Assembly (NCBI GenBank): GCA_964510165.1
Contig: CAZEBC010000052.1
Coordinates: forward strand, 1 to 22,125
Direction of reading: 5' to 3'
From: an uncultured bacterium
GTDB taxonomy: Bacteria > Abyssobacteria > SURF-5
Length of the DNA stretch: 22,125 nt
Positions 8,414 through 16,691 of this stretch are shown here, piece by piece (the stretch's first letter is position 1; each line of letters starts with the position of its first letter). The notes below the pieces were generated by a model. That model did not search any database. It was not told the origin of the DNA and saw nothing but the letters and a program-made list of their open reading frames with translations. The translations under genes were made by a program, and so were the position numbers.

Positions 8414-9481
8414 ATGCTGGATCGTGAGCAAGATATGGAAAACAACGTTCGTCTGACAACGCTGACCAGAAGCGGCGGGTGAGCATGTAAGGCCAGTCAG
8501 AGCCACCTGGCGCAGGTTCTGCGCGTGCTCCCACCGATAACGGACCCGAGGATAATCGTCGGAGCCGAAACCTCTGACGATGCGGCCGTATACCGTCTCG
8601 ATGACGAGACCGCCATCGTTCAGACCGCCGACTACTTCACGCCCATCGTGGACAATCCTTATGACTTCGGGCAGATCGCGGCCGCCAATGCCCTCTCCGA
8701 CATCTATGCGATGGGAGCGCGACCTCTGTTCGCCTTGAACCTTGTCGGCTTCCCCGTAAAGCGATTCCCCATCTCGATGCTGGCCGAAATTCTGAAGGGC
8801 GGAACCGACAAGTGCGCCGAGGCGGGGATAAGCATAGCGGGCGGGCACACCGTTTCCGACGAAGAGCCCAAGTACGGCCTCGCCGTCACGGGTTTGGTGG
8901 CGCCGTCCCGCGTTGTAAGAAATTCGACCGCCAGGCCGGGTGACGTGCTCATCCTGACCAAGCCGCTCGGCACGGGCATCATTACGACGGGGATAAAGGC
9001 GGAAATGGTCTCAGAGGAAACCATCGAAAACGTCACGCGGACCATGGCCACATTGAACAAACGCGCCTGTGAGGTAATGCTCGAGGTCGGCGTCAGCGCA
9101 TGCACCGACGTGACAGGATTCGGCTTGATCGGGCACTTGCAGGAGATGGTGGCGTCCGCCGGAGTGGCCGCGCGCATCACCGCCTCTGACGTCCCGATCA
9201 TGGACGAAGTGTGGAGTCTTATCAAGGAAGAATGCGTTCCGGGCGGTACGCTCGCCAATAAACAGTACGCCGAGGACTTCGCGAGATGGCATGATGACGT
9301 GAAGGAACCCATGCGCATTGCGCTGTGTGATTCACAGACCTCCGGCGGGCTCCTCATCGCCACACCCCGTCCGAAAGCGGAGCAGATGCTGTTCACCTTG
9401 CGTCAGACGGGCGTTGACTCTGCGGCAGCGGTAGGCGAAATCCTGGAGGGTCCGTCCTGTTGCATTTTTGTCGAACCCTGA
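8414..9481 (+). CDS. selD: Selenide, water dikinase (selenophosphate synthetase), selenocysteine-containing
   Basis: In-frame VRLTTLTRSGG-TGA(8480-8482)-ACK matches the GG[C/U]xCK active site. Also DDAAVY, ANALSDIYAMG, GGHT, TDVTGFGLIGHL, DSQTSGGLL. Start 8414 (AGGGAG RBS) or 8435. Confidence 0.95.
8481..8530 (+). promoter_or_regulatory. Bacterial SECIS-like RNA structure
   Basis: GCGCAG-GTT-CTGCGC hairpin (8510-8524) with a G-containing loop 34 nt after the UGA. GAGCATG (8481-8487) pairs with CGTGCTC (8524-8530). GCCAG...CTGGC is an alternative stem. Confidence 0.75.
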
Positions 9482-9506
9482 CGTCCGCCCTGGCCACAAG
9501 ATAAGG

Positions 9507-9534
9507 GCAGGGACACGGCAAAGCGTGCCCCTGC
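9507..9534. repeat. REP-like palindrome / hairpin between convergent genes
   Basis: GCAGGGACACG-GCAAAG-CGTGCCCCTGC, resembling GTAGGGGC...GCCCCTAC-type REPs. Confidence 0.55.
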
Positions 9535-9577
9535 GCCCGAAATCACTCACCCGATCGTCTCTCGGAGCCTAGGCCCT

Positions 9578-10039
9578 TTACTCCTGCGCGCCTCTCTTTA
9601 TCCTGCTCTTTCCAAAAAGCTTCCAGAATTTTATTGTCTGCTCTTGCGTCAGGATTTCGGGGATTGCGGTCCAGTATTCCACCTCTTTGGCAAGCAGCTT
9701 CGAGTGGGTATCGTTCACCGCTCCGGCGGCGCTTCGCACCTTGGCGGTATCGGGATCGCCGGACTCCAGAGCCGAAATCATGTCCTGTCTCGCCTGCTGG
9801 TATTTGTCTGCAAGCGCCTTCACGTCTGCCTTATAACGCTTGTTCAGGTCCTGCATCTGCGACTTCTGCTCTTCAGTAAGCTGAAGGTCCGTCACAATCG
9901 CTTGTTCCTCGGCCGGTGATGGCGGACGGAACGTCCCGACTGGGTCAATCCAAAGCTGCTTCTTCTGCTGAGCATCGGCCTGGGCCACGAAAACCATGGA
10001 GAACATGACAATCAGCAGACCAACGAATACTTTCTTCAT
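9578..10039 (-). CDS. Periplasmic Spy/CpxP-like helical protein
   Basis: Signal peptide ending ADA, two LTxEQ motifs (LQLTEEQK, ILTQEQ). RBS GGAGG. Confidence 0.8.
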   Translation of the reverse strand: MKKVFVGLLIVMFSMVFVAQADAQQKKQLWIDPVGTFRPPSPAEEQAIVTDLQLTEEQKSQMQDLNKRYKADVKALADKYQQARQDMISALESGDPDTAKVRSAAGAVNDTHSKLLAKEVEYWTAIPEILTQEQTIKFWKLFGKSRIKRGAQE

Positions 10040-10109
10040 CTCGCTTCCTCCTTGTTCTTGTTGTCTTTTCCTTCAAAATTGAAACGCATGGCGATGATAA
10101 GTATGTCAC

Positions 10110-10137
10110 TTAGACGCCGGTCCGCAATATTTATTCA
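10110..10137 (-). promoter_or_regulatory. Putative ECF-sigma promoter for the Spy/CpxP-like gene
   Basis: Minus strand TGAATA-N15-CGTCTAA. Spacing matches the AAC...CGT ECF geometry, with AAT in place of AAC. Confidence 0.45.
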
Positions 10138-10199
10138 ACGAGACCGCGAAAACCATGAACGCGCGACGCTTATCCCTTAACTGGCTTGAAGCAAACGAC

Positions 10200-10634
10200 T
10201 TAGCCATCGATCCTTTGCACGAGTTCGATCGTGATGCCGTCGGGGTCGCGCATGTACACGCACAGGGCGCCGCCAAGGTCATAGGGTTTGCTGTTCGATG
10301 TGACGCCTGCCGCCGTCAACCGCTCGTAGAGTTCCATGAGGTTGTCAACCACCAACGCGGCGTGGATTATGCCGCCGTCGCATTGGCGGAAGCTCTTCGA
10401 AAAGACACTTGTTCCGGGCGACATGTACTGGAACAATTCCAGTTCCTGGCCCTCTCCGCATCGGAGGTGAACGATCCTCACTTTGGCGTCCTTCAATCCG
10501 ACGATGTCGTCAACAATGGGGCCTTCAACCTCCATATCGGAGACAACCTCAAGTCCGAGCAGACCGCAATAGAATCGAAGTGAGACCTCCATGTCGCGCA
10601 CTCCGATTCCCGCATGAGAAATTCCCTTGATCAT
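10200..10634 (-). CDS. VOC/glyoxalase-family protein
   Basis: ISHAGIGVRDME..LRFY..LLG, LELFQY, HAAL, YMRDPDGITIELVQ (H/E/H/E ligands intact). Start at 10634 after GGAGG. Confidence 0.9.
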   Translation of the reverse strand: MIKGISHAGIGVRDMEVSLRFYCGLLGLEVVSDMEVEGPIVDDIVGLKDAKVRIVHLRCGEGQELELFQYMSPGTSVFSKSFRQCDGGIIHAALVVDNLMELYERLTAAGVTSNSKPYDLGGALCVYMRDPDGITIELVQRIDG

Positions 10635-10703
10635 GACGCCTCCGCCTTTCCTTTCCAATTCGACGCATCTGCACAGGCCAGGTTTAGACATTTCGCGCTC
10701 TTT

Positions 10704-10732
10704 ATGTTACAGACTGCGGTCTGAAACTTCAA
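10704..10732 (-). promoter_or_regulatory. sigma70-like promoter with palindromic operator in the spacer
   Basis: Minus strand TTGAAG-N17-TAACAT. Near-perfect 22-bp dyad GTTACAGAC-TGCG-GTCTGAAAC at 10706-10727. Confidence 0.55.
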
Positions 10733-10780
10733 GCGGTTTCCATATGCGGCAATAACGGAAGGTCAGTCCGCTCACTCACG

Positions 10781-13165
10781 CTAACCATAGGCGGGGGCGG
10801 TGGTGACCGCCTGAACGGCGGACCTCTCAACGAGGATAAGGGCGACCTCTCCGCTGCTTCTGGGGACCATGTAGAAGCGCTTGCTCCATTCGCTGGCCTC
10901 GCCGATCATGTAGCCTTCGAGCAGTTCCCCGTCTTCAAACAGAACCTCAACGGGACGCCCCGTGGTCTTGCGGCTTTTGAAGAACGGCAGATTGAACCGC
11001 GAAGGTTTGTGGACAAAGGAGACTGTCTTGAGCTCTTTGAACTCGATCAGCATTTTGGCTTCCGAGGAAGGAGCGCCCTTGGGGACGAACTCGAAGGCCA
11101 TGGCGTCAATATCCCACGTGAGGAGCGAGCCGCGGAGTCGAGTGCCGTCCGTGAACTCGAGAAGCGTTTCTCTGAACGCGTCGGGGCACTTATAGCAAAG
11201 GACGAACTGGCCAATGCCGACCTTATCCCCATTCGCGATCTCTTTTTTCCGGTTGTATTTGACGTTGTTTACCGATATCTCGTTGTAGCTGAGCGGCTGA
11301 ACAAACATCACCGCGCCGGCGGCGGTCGTTGCGGTGGTGAGCTTCGCGTGCATATAGTCGACTGAGGCGTCATCTAAGACAATGTCGGCGGCAGGTCCGC
11401 TTCCGATTGTAAGAGAATTGCGCGATTTTCTCCTGCCTAGCCGCCGCAGATGAAAAGTCTTCATCTTGTGCGAGCCGGGCGCCTTGATGATCTCAAGGTC
11501 ACCCGCAAAATCCGTGGCCCCGAACCAGTACTTCTTTACCAGATAGACTGCGAGAAAAAGGGCCAGAACCACCGGCAATCCGAGCGCAGTCTTCACCAAA
11601 TATGTCTTTGCGGTCTGCCACGCTCTCCCGAACGTATCGTATGCGCCGGGTTCCACAAGCTCCCGTCTGCCCCAGCGCGAGTTCTCGCTCTTACTGTACA
11701 ATCTGACCGCAATCTGAGGCGGGGCTATGCTCACGTTGCTTTCGGTCGAGAGAAACGAGATCATTCCCCTTACATCCCACGCGTCGCTCAGGGCTGAAGC
11801 CTCACTTGCGTTCACAAGAAGATCAGCCACCAGAGTGCCGTCGGCTATGCGGAATGTTGGCTCAAGGCGCACTCCTTTGGGAAGTTCGAAGTTGGTTTTC
11901 ATATAAATGGAGTCGAGCGGTATGTTTCTGGTTGGGAACAGAGATGTGCTTTCCCGATATTGTCCGCCGACCACAATCGGTCCGAATACAAGTTCGGCCC
12001 GCGACGGATGATCATCCGCTTCTTCAAGCTCGGTGCGCATTTCTGACCCGAGAGCCGTTTGAGTGCGGGGCCGGTCGCGCATCCCCTTCATGCTCGGCTG
12101 CTTCGCGCCGTGACTCCTTTCCGCAACGCGTTCAAAGGTCTTCACGCTCTCCTGCACTCGTCCCATCAGTGCGGCCTGCGATGGCGAGATTTCAAGGAGT
12201 TTGTCTGACGGCAATACGAAGCTGACCTTCAGGGTGTATTCGCCCGGCCTTTCAGGCAGTGTCACCCGAAAGGTTTCCTCCCATGCGGCATCCGAACACA
12301 CAATCAGCGGCGGAGTGATCGGGACAGAGGCGGCATAACCGTCGGGAGCGGTCACCTCTGCCGCTACCGAAAAGGTCGATCCCCACATGGCCTGGGTGTC
12401 GGGCTCGAACCGCACACGGAACACCGACGCGGGGTCGGGCGCGTATAGCGTGCCCAGGTCGCTCGAGAGCAGCGTGACCTTCAGTTTCATGCTGACCCGG
12501 CTGGCCCAATCGACAAACCATTTCATATCCGACTTGCGTTCGCTCTCGATGGGTGATTCGAATACGAACCAGTTGTGGTCGGGAAGCCGCCCTGCTTCGC
12601 GCTGCTTCAGCGAGTTGAACGTAATGAGATTGGGGATGTCCCTGGGAGGATTGCTCTTGTCGTCGCTCAGCCACATCATGACCCTCTGGCCTTCTGGGTC
12701 TTCTTCGTAAAAGCGTCGCAACTCCTCGATCCCGCGCTCCATGCCCGCGGGAAGATTGGTGCTGAACTCGGTGGCGTCGAGCTTGTCCAATGTCGAAAGA
12801 ATTCTGGCTATGTCGTAAGAGGAATTGATACGTTTGCGCTCGAGCAGATGGGAGGTCTTGCCGAACGTGATGATGGTAACCCTGTCGCCCAACTGGGCGG
12901 AGGATACGAATTTCTTTGCCTCGGCTTTCGCGTCGTCGAAATGCTCAAGCATGCTGGTGCTCACGTCAAGCACGACGATGAGGTCGCGAGTACCGCTGGC
13001 ATAAACAGTAATGGCGGACAGCAGGGCGAGGACCACAATGCCGGCGCAACACCCGACGAGCCGATTCAGGACCCGCCGGGGCGCAGCCGAGACATGGGGT
13101 TTCCTGGAAATCTTGAAACTGTGGGCTCGCCCATACCGCATCGAAGTCAATCCACTCCGGCACAT
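10781..13165 (-). CDS. Membrane protein: signal/anchor - VWA - beta-rich linker - TM - FHA-like - duplicated C-terminal beta domain
   Basis: MIDAS VVLDVSTSM, TNLPAG, WLSDD. TM LGLPVVLALFLAVYLV. FHA-like LTIGSG..ADIVL..HAKL..ISVNN..GDKVGIG. Repeats LLEFTDGTRLRG and VEVLFEDGELLEG. Start uncertain (13201, 13165 or 13141). Confidence 0.8.
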   Translation of the reverse strand: MCRSGLTSMRYGRAHSFKISRKPHVSAAPRRVLNRLVGCCAGIVVLALLSAITVYASGTRDLIVVLDVSTSMLEHFDDAKAEAKKFVSSAQLGDRVTIITFGKTSHLLERKRINSSYDIARILSTLDKLDATEFSTNLPAGMERGIEELRRFYEEDPEGQRVMMWLSDDKSNPPRDIPNLITFNSLKQREAGRLPDHNWFVFESPIESERKSDMKWFVDWASRVSMKLKVTLLSSDLGTLYAPDPASVFRVRFEPDTQAMWGSTFSVAAEVTAPDGYAASVPITPPLIVCSDAAWEETFRVTLPERPGEYTLKVSFVLPSDKLLEISPSQAALMGRVQESVKTFERVAERSHGAKQPSMKGMRDRPRTQTALGSEMRTELEEADDHPSRAELVFGPIVVGGQYRESTSLFPTRNIPLDSIYMKTNFELPKGVRLEPTFRIADGTLVADLLVNASEASALSDAWDVRGMISFLSTESNVSIAPPQIAVRLYSKSENSRWGRRELVEPGAYDTFGRAWQTAKTYLVKTALGLPVVLALFLAVYLVKKYWFGATDFAGDLEIIKAPGSHKMKTFHLRRLGRRKSRNSLTIGSGPAADIVLDDASVDYMHAKLTTATTAAGAVMFVQPLSYNEISVNNVKYNRKKEIANGDKVGIGQFVLCYKCPDAFRETLLEFTDGTRLRGSLLTWDIDAMAFEFVPKGAPSSEAKMLIEFKELKTVSFVHKPSRFNLPFFKSRKTTGRPVEVLFEDGELLEGYMIGEASEWSKRFYMVPRSSGEVALILVERSAVQAVTTAPAYG

Positions 13166-13258
13166 CAGCCGCTTCTCCGAGAATGGTCTCACCTCGCACA
13201 AATGACGGTCGGGTGAAGGCCGATCTTCGCCCCAGAGGCCTCTAAACCTATTATATAG

Positions 13259-13435
13259 CTAGGCGCTCGCTGTCACAAGCTGAGCCGTGCTCAAGGCGAT
13301 TCTGATTTCAATCATCAGCATCCTCAGAGCGAAGGCCGCGGCTTCTGGACGGCTGAGGTGGAGCCTCTTCATGATCTCACGCACCAGCGCATCGGTGCGG
13401 TCGCTCCACACAAACAGTGTCTTTTCCGTGTCCAT
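13259..13435 (-). CDS. Small protein, ribbon-helix-helix-like
   Basis: KTLFVWSDRTDALVREIMKRLHLSRPEAAAFAL fits a beta-helix-(SR)-helix pattern. Lies directly under a consensus sigma54 motif. Alternative start 13468. Confidence 0.5.
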   Translation of the reverse strand: MDTEKTLFVWSDRTDALVREIMKRLHLSRPEAAAFALRMLMIEIRIALSTAQLVTASA

Positions 13436-13499
13436 CCGGTTTCCCCATGCCAGGCGTTGAATCGCCATAAGAACGACAATCCCGTACTAAGGCAGTAAG

Positions 13500-13514
13500 G
13501 CAACTGGTGTGCCA
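13500..13514 (-). promoter_or_regulatory. sigma54 promoter
   Basis: Minus strand TGGCAC-ACCAG-TTGC, exact consensus. Confidence 0.85.
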
Positions 13515-13522
13515 AAGATCGT

Positions 13523-13537
13523 CGGCATAGGGATTGC
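13523..13537 (+). promoter_or_regulatory. Second, divergent sigma54-like motif
   Basis: CGGCAT-AGGGA-TTGC(A), GG-N10-GC. No plus-strand gene follows. Confidence 0.5.
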
Positions 13538-13543
13538 ACGATG

Positions 13544-13556
13544 TAACACGTTGATC
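13544..13556 (-). promoter_or_regulatory. IHF-like binding site
   Basis: GATCAACGTGTTA versus WATCAANNNNTTR (one mismatch) with an adjacent A/T tract, lying between the sigma54 motif and the UAS-like site. Confidence 0.45.
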
Positions 13557-13614
13557 AAAAATAACTTATGCCCTTACCTACGTCACGGGAACGCTGTAAT
13601 CCGCCCCCACCGTA

Positions 13615-13630
13615 TGTACAGGAAGTGACA
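13615..13630. promoter_or_regulatory. UAS-like site
   Basis: TGT-ACAGGAAGTG-ACA (TGT-N10-ACA) about 100 bp upstream of the minus-strand -24. Weaker partner at 13636-13652. Confidence 0.35.
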
Positions 13631-13674
13631 GTCCAGGCACAAAAAGAGGACATCCGTTCACTACGCGCAAACCG

Positions 13675-15108
13675 TCAGCTCTTTCGGTTATTCTTGACGA
13701 TTTCCAGGAAAGGGTGAAGCAGAAAATTGAATCCTGTGGCTATGTTCAGTCCCCTGACATTCCTGAGGATTCGCACCACCTGCCCAATCTCCGCTTCCTC
13801 AGGCTCGTATACACGCTTGAAGAGTTGGAAGCTCAGCAGGCGCAATGCCGTGGATGCCAAGAAGATAATATGGATCGGGAGTAGTTCCCATGTGAAAACA
13901 CTAAAACTCATGTTACTGATCACGCGGAGAAGCCATCCGGCGATTATGGGACCGGTGGCGGCGCCCAGGCCCGCGCCGATATTGTGCGTAGATAGATACA
14001 GGGACCTGTTTTGCGACGGCGAAATTCGCAGAAGCAAGTTGTTCATGCACAGATTGATGCCAGCCCACACGCCGCCCGCCATCATATTCAACGTGAGCGG
14101 CGCGATCCTGTTGTCCGGTCCTATGAATACCCATATAAGCGGGATGCAGATGGCAAATCCGCTCGCAAACCGAATAATGGCTTTATTGCCAACCCTGTCC
14201 GATATTCTGCCCCAGAGATGCATACCCATCAGGTCGGCGAGGCCGGAGATGGTGCCGAGCGCGGCAACGAAACCGTATGTGAAGTTCAGGTCTCGCAGAA
14301 AGTACAATGTGAAGAATGGCGCGGCGAAATGCACGGAGAAGCTCCACAAGAAGGCAAAGCCGAGGAACCTCCTGAAATTTGGCTCCCTGAAGGGGAGGAT
14401 AACATCTTTGCGGAACGAGCGGTTTGTAACGGGCCGACCATCGAGCGGCTCGGATACACGGGTCAGAAACCGGAGGCTGATCACTCCGAATACAACCGCG
14501 GCCGCAAAGGTCAGCCCCAATCCGAGGGGCAATCCCCAGTCAAAATGCTCCTCGAGATAATCCAGCCCCTTCCCGAACGCCAGCATGGCGGCCATCCCGG
14601 CGGCCCCGCATAACATGTTTCGGTTTCCGAAAAAACGTCCCCTGATTTCGGTCGGCACCAGGTCCGACATCAGCGAAAGCCACGACACGCTGCTGATCGA
14701 ATTGAAGCTGTAAGAAATCAGGATGAGAACGAGCAGCAAAGAGAGCTTGTACGGAATTATTCGCGCCGGCGCAAGGCCTATGATCAGTATGGGAATCCAA
14801 GCGAGGCGCGCGACCGCCGCGCCGATGCACCAAAACTCTTTCCGTCTGCCGCGCTCCTCGATGAGGTGCGACACCGGCAACTGAAATATCGTTGCGAGGA
14901 ACGGCATCGACGCAAGCAGCCCTATCATGAATTCGTCCATTCCAAGATAGAGCGCGAATCCTGTCAGAAATACGCCGCCGGTAAGTGTGGCGTACATGTG
15001 AGCGAAGACACCCTCGTAAATCGAGTTCTTAAGGTCTTTGTTTGCGTGAATTTGCATAAAAAGGATATGAACACTCCCCGCAAAATAAAAAGCGGCCTTC
15101 TTATCCAT
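13675..15108 (-). CDS. MFS transporter
   Basis: About 12 hydrophobic segments, LMSDLVPTEIRGRFFG, WGRISDRVGNK. Alternative start 15057. Confidence 0.9.
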   Translation of the reverse strand: MDKKAAFYFAGSVHILFMQIHANKDLKNSIYEGVFAHMYATLTGGVFLTGFALYLGMDEFMIGLLASMPFLATIFQLPVSHLIEERGRRKEFWCIGAAVARLAWIPILIIGLAPARIIPYKLSLLLVLILISYSFNSISSVSWLSLMSDLVPTEIRGRFFGNRNMLCGAAGMAAMLAFGKGLDYLEEHFDWGLPLGLGLTFAAAVVFGVISLRFLTRVSEPLDGRPVTNRSFRKDVILPFREPNFRRFLGFAFLWSFSVHFAAPFFTLYFLRDLNFTYGFVAALGTISGLADLMGMHLWGRISDRVGNKAIIRFASGFAICIPLIWVFIGPDNRIAPLTLNMMAGGVWAGINLCMNNLLLRISPSQNRSLYLSTHNIGAGLGAATGPIIAGWLLRVISNMSFSVFTWELLPIHIIFLASTALRLLSFQLFKRVYEPEEAEIGQVVRILRNVRGLNIATGFNFLLHPFLEIVKNNRKS

Positions 15109-15169
15109 CCAAGAAGGCCCGTAGCCTCAACGTTATCGGATTCGACGAGTCAGAACAGCGCCGTGAATC

Positions 15170-15697
15170 TTACTTGTTTCCCTCGCTGGAAGCGTTGCCC
15201 GTCGGGCCCACCGTTCCTGACTTGGCGATCTCTCTCATGAATACCATCTTGTGGTCTCCCACGCGATAGAAGTCGGTGAACACGGCTACAATGTCGTAGC
15301 GATGCTTCTTATAGAAAGCGCGGGCGGCGCCGTAGAGCGGAGTGGACGAGGTTTCGACATAGATTTTCCTGGCGCCGCGCTCAAGCACGAAGTTCTCCAT
15401 GAAGCAGAGAAGCTGTTGCCCCACTCCTTTTCTTGCGAATTTCTCATCAACCGCAATCCAGTACAGATCATAACAGTAGTCCGTCATGGGTATCGGCCCA
15501 AAACAAATGTAGCCCGCCGCTTCATCGGATTCATCGCAGGCACAGTATATGTGGTAGTCGTTTCCAGGACGGTTGGCAAGAACCTCGTCAATGAGTTCCA
15601 GAGCCACAGAGACTTCTTTCTCGTTGAAAGTTCCCCGTTGTCTCAGTATCTGTGATAGTATGGGCTTATCTTTGGGAGCGAGAGGCCTGATGAACAT
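15170..15697 (-). CDS. GNAT-family N-acetyltransferase
   Basis: YDLYWIAVD..FARKGVGQQLL (acetyl-CoA motif A), YVETSS, ARAFYKK. Confidence 0.92.
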   Translation of the reverse strand: MFIRPLAPKDKPILSQILRQRGTFNEKEVSVALELIDEVLANRPGNDYHIYCACDESDEAAGYICFGPIPMTDYCYDLYWIAVDEKFARKGVGQQLLCFMENFVLERGARKIYVETSSTPLYGAARAFYKKHRYDIVAVFTDFYRVGDHKMVFMREIAKSGTVGPTGNASSEGNK

Positions 15698-16691
15698 GTC
15701 CTTCTGACCTCAATGTCATGAATTCAACAAATCGTTCCACCATGTCTTTATATGTCATGCCCGCCTGTGCGATGGCGGCAACAAATCCGGCGTCCGGACT
15801 CAGGCACGGGTTCGCATTGACTTCCAGGACATGTATCGTTCCGCCTGGGTCGACTCGTACATCCACCCGCGCATAATCCCTCAGAAGAAACAGGCGAAAG
15901 CAGCGCCGAGCCGCATCGGCCATTTCTTCGGCCAGTGCCGGCGGCAATTCGGGAAACCGGCGGACCGTGTGGCGATACTCGAAAGAAGACTCATCCCATT
16001 TGGCGCGGTATCCGACTATCGGAAAGAGTTCCGGCGGATAATCCACGAATTCGATTTCGGCTATGGGGAGGACTTGTTCCTCGGGATATCCAAAAAGGGA
16101 GATATTGAATTCCCTGCCATCGATGAATTCTTCTATCAGCAGCGGGCCGAATCGCTCGAACAACCGCACTGACTTATTACGGAGGTTCGCCTCGTCTTCG
16201 GCTATCGAATCCTGATCGATCCCGATGCTCGCGTCCTGCCATCTCGGCTTGATGATGACCGGGAACCTCAACTCCGGCGATTCAAACGAGCCCCCTTCAT
16301 AGACCGCGTATCTCGGCGTGCGGATGCCGCTTGCCTCCAGCAGCCTTTTCGTGACAACCTTGTCGGTCGTCATCGCGATGCCGGGCGCTGTCGTGCCCGT
16401 AAACTTAATGTCCATGAGTTCAAGCACGGCGGCGGGATGGCCGATGAGGAGCGGGTCTTCATCCACCGTCTCACACAGGTTGAACGCCATGCGCAGCGGT
16501 TCTCGGGACATGGACCCGAGAAAAAGATTCAAGTCTTTCGTGAAGGGGACCGTCACCGAATTGAAGCCCAACTGCTTAAGGGCTTGTTCGATTTCGCCTG
16601 CTTGCGTGAGGACGTCGGCGGAAGCTTCAGAAAAGGCATGTCCCGAGGGGACCGGTTCGTTGTGGATGATGCCGATTGTATTTCCGCTCAT
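15666..16691 (-). CDS. D-Ala-D-Ala ligase-like ATP-grasp ligase (non-canonical, copy 2)
   Basis: DKVVTK, FPVIIKP, DASIGI, EEFIDGREF, DYARVDVR, LEVNANPCL. FNLCE replaces the Ddl LHG..GEDG segment. Alternative start 16703. Confidence 0.88.
   Translation of the reverse strand: MSGNTIGIIHNEPVPSGHAFSEASADVLTQAGEIEQALKQLGFNSVTVPFTKDLNLFLGSMSREPLRMAFNLCETVDEDPLLIGHPAAVLELMDIKFTGTTAPGIAMTTDKVVTKRLLEASGIRTPRYAVYEGGSFESPELRFPVIIKPRWQDASIGIDQDSIAEDEANLRNKSVRLFERFGPLLIEEFIDGREFNISLFGYPEEQVLPIAEIEFVDYPPELFPIVGYRAKWDESSFEYRHTVRRFPELPPALAEEMADAARRCFRLFLLRDYARVDVRVDPGGTIHVLEVNANPCLSPDAGFVAAIAQAGMTYKDMVERFVEFMTLRSEGHVHQASRSQR

Noticed and set aside
8480-8482. selD as a pseudogene, or starting at GTG 8525
   Set aside because: The TGA is at the catalytic Cys/Sec position with a SECIS-like hairpin, and a start at 8525 would drop the active-site motif.
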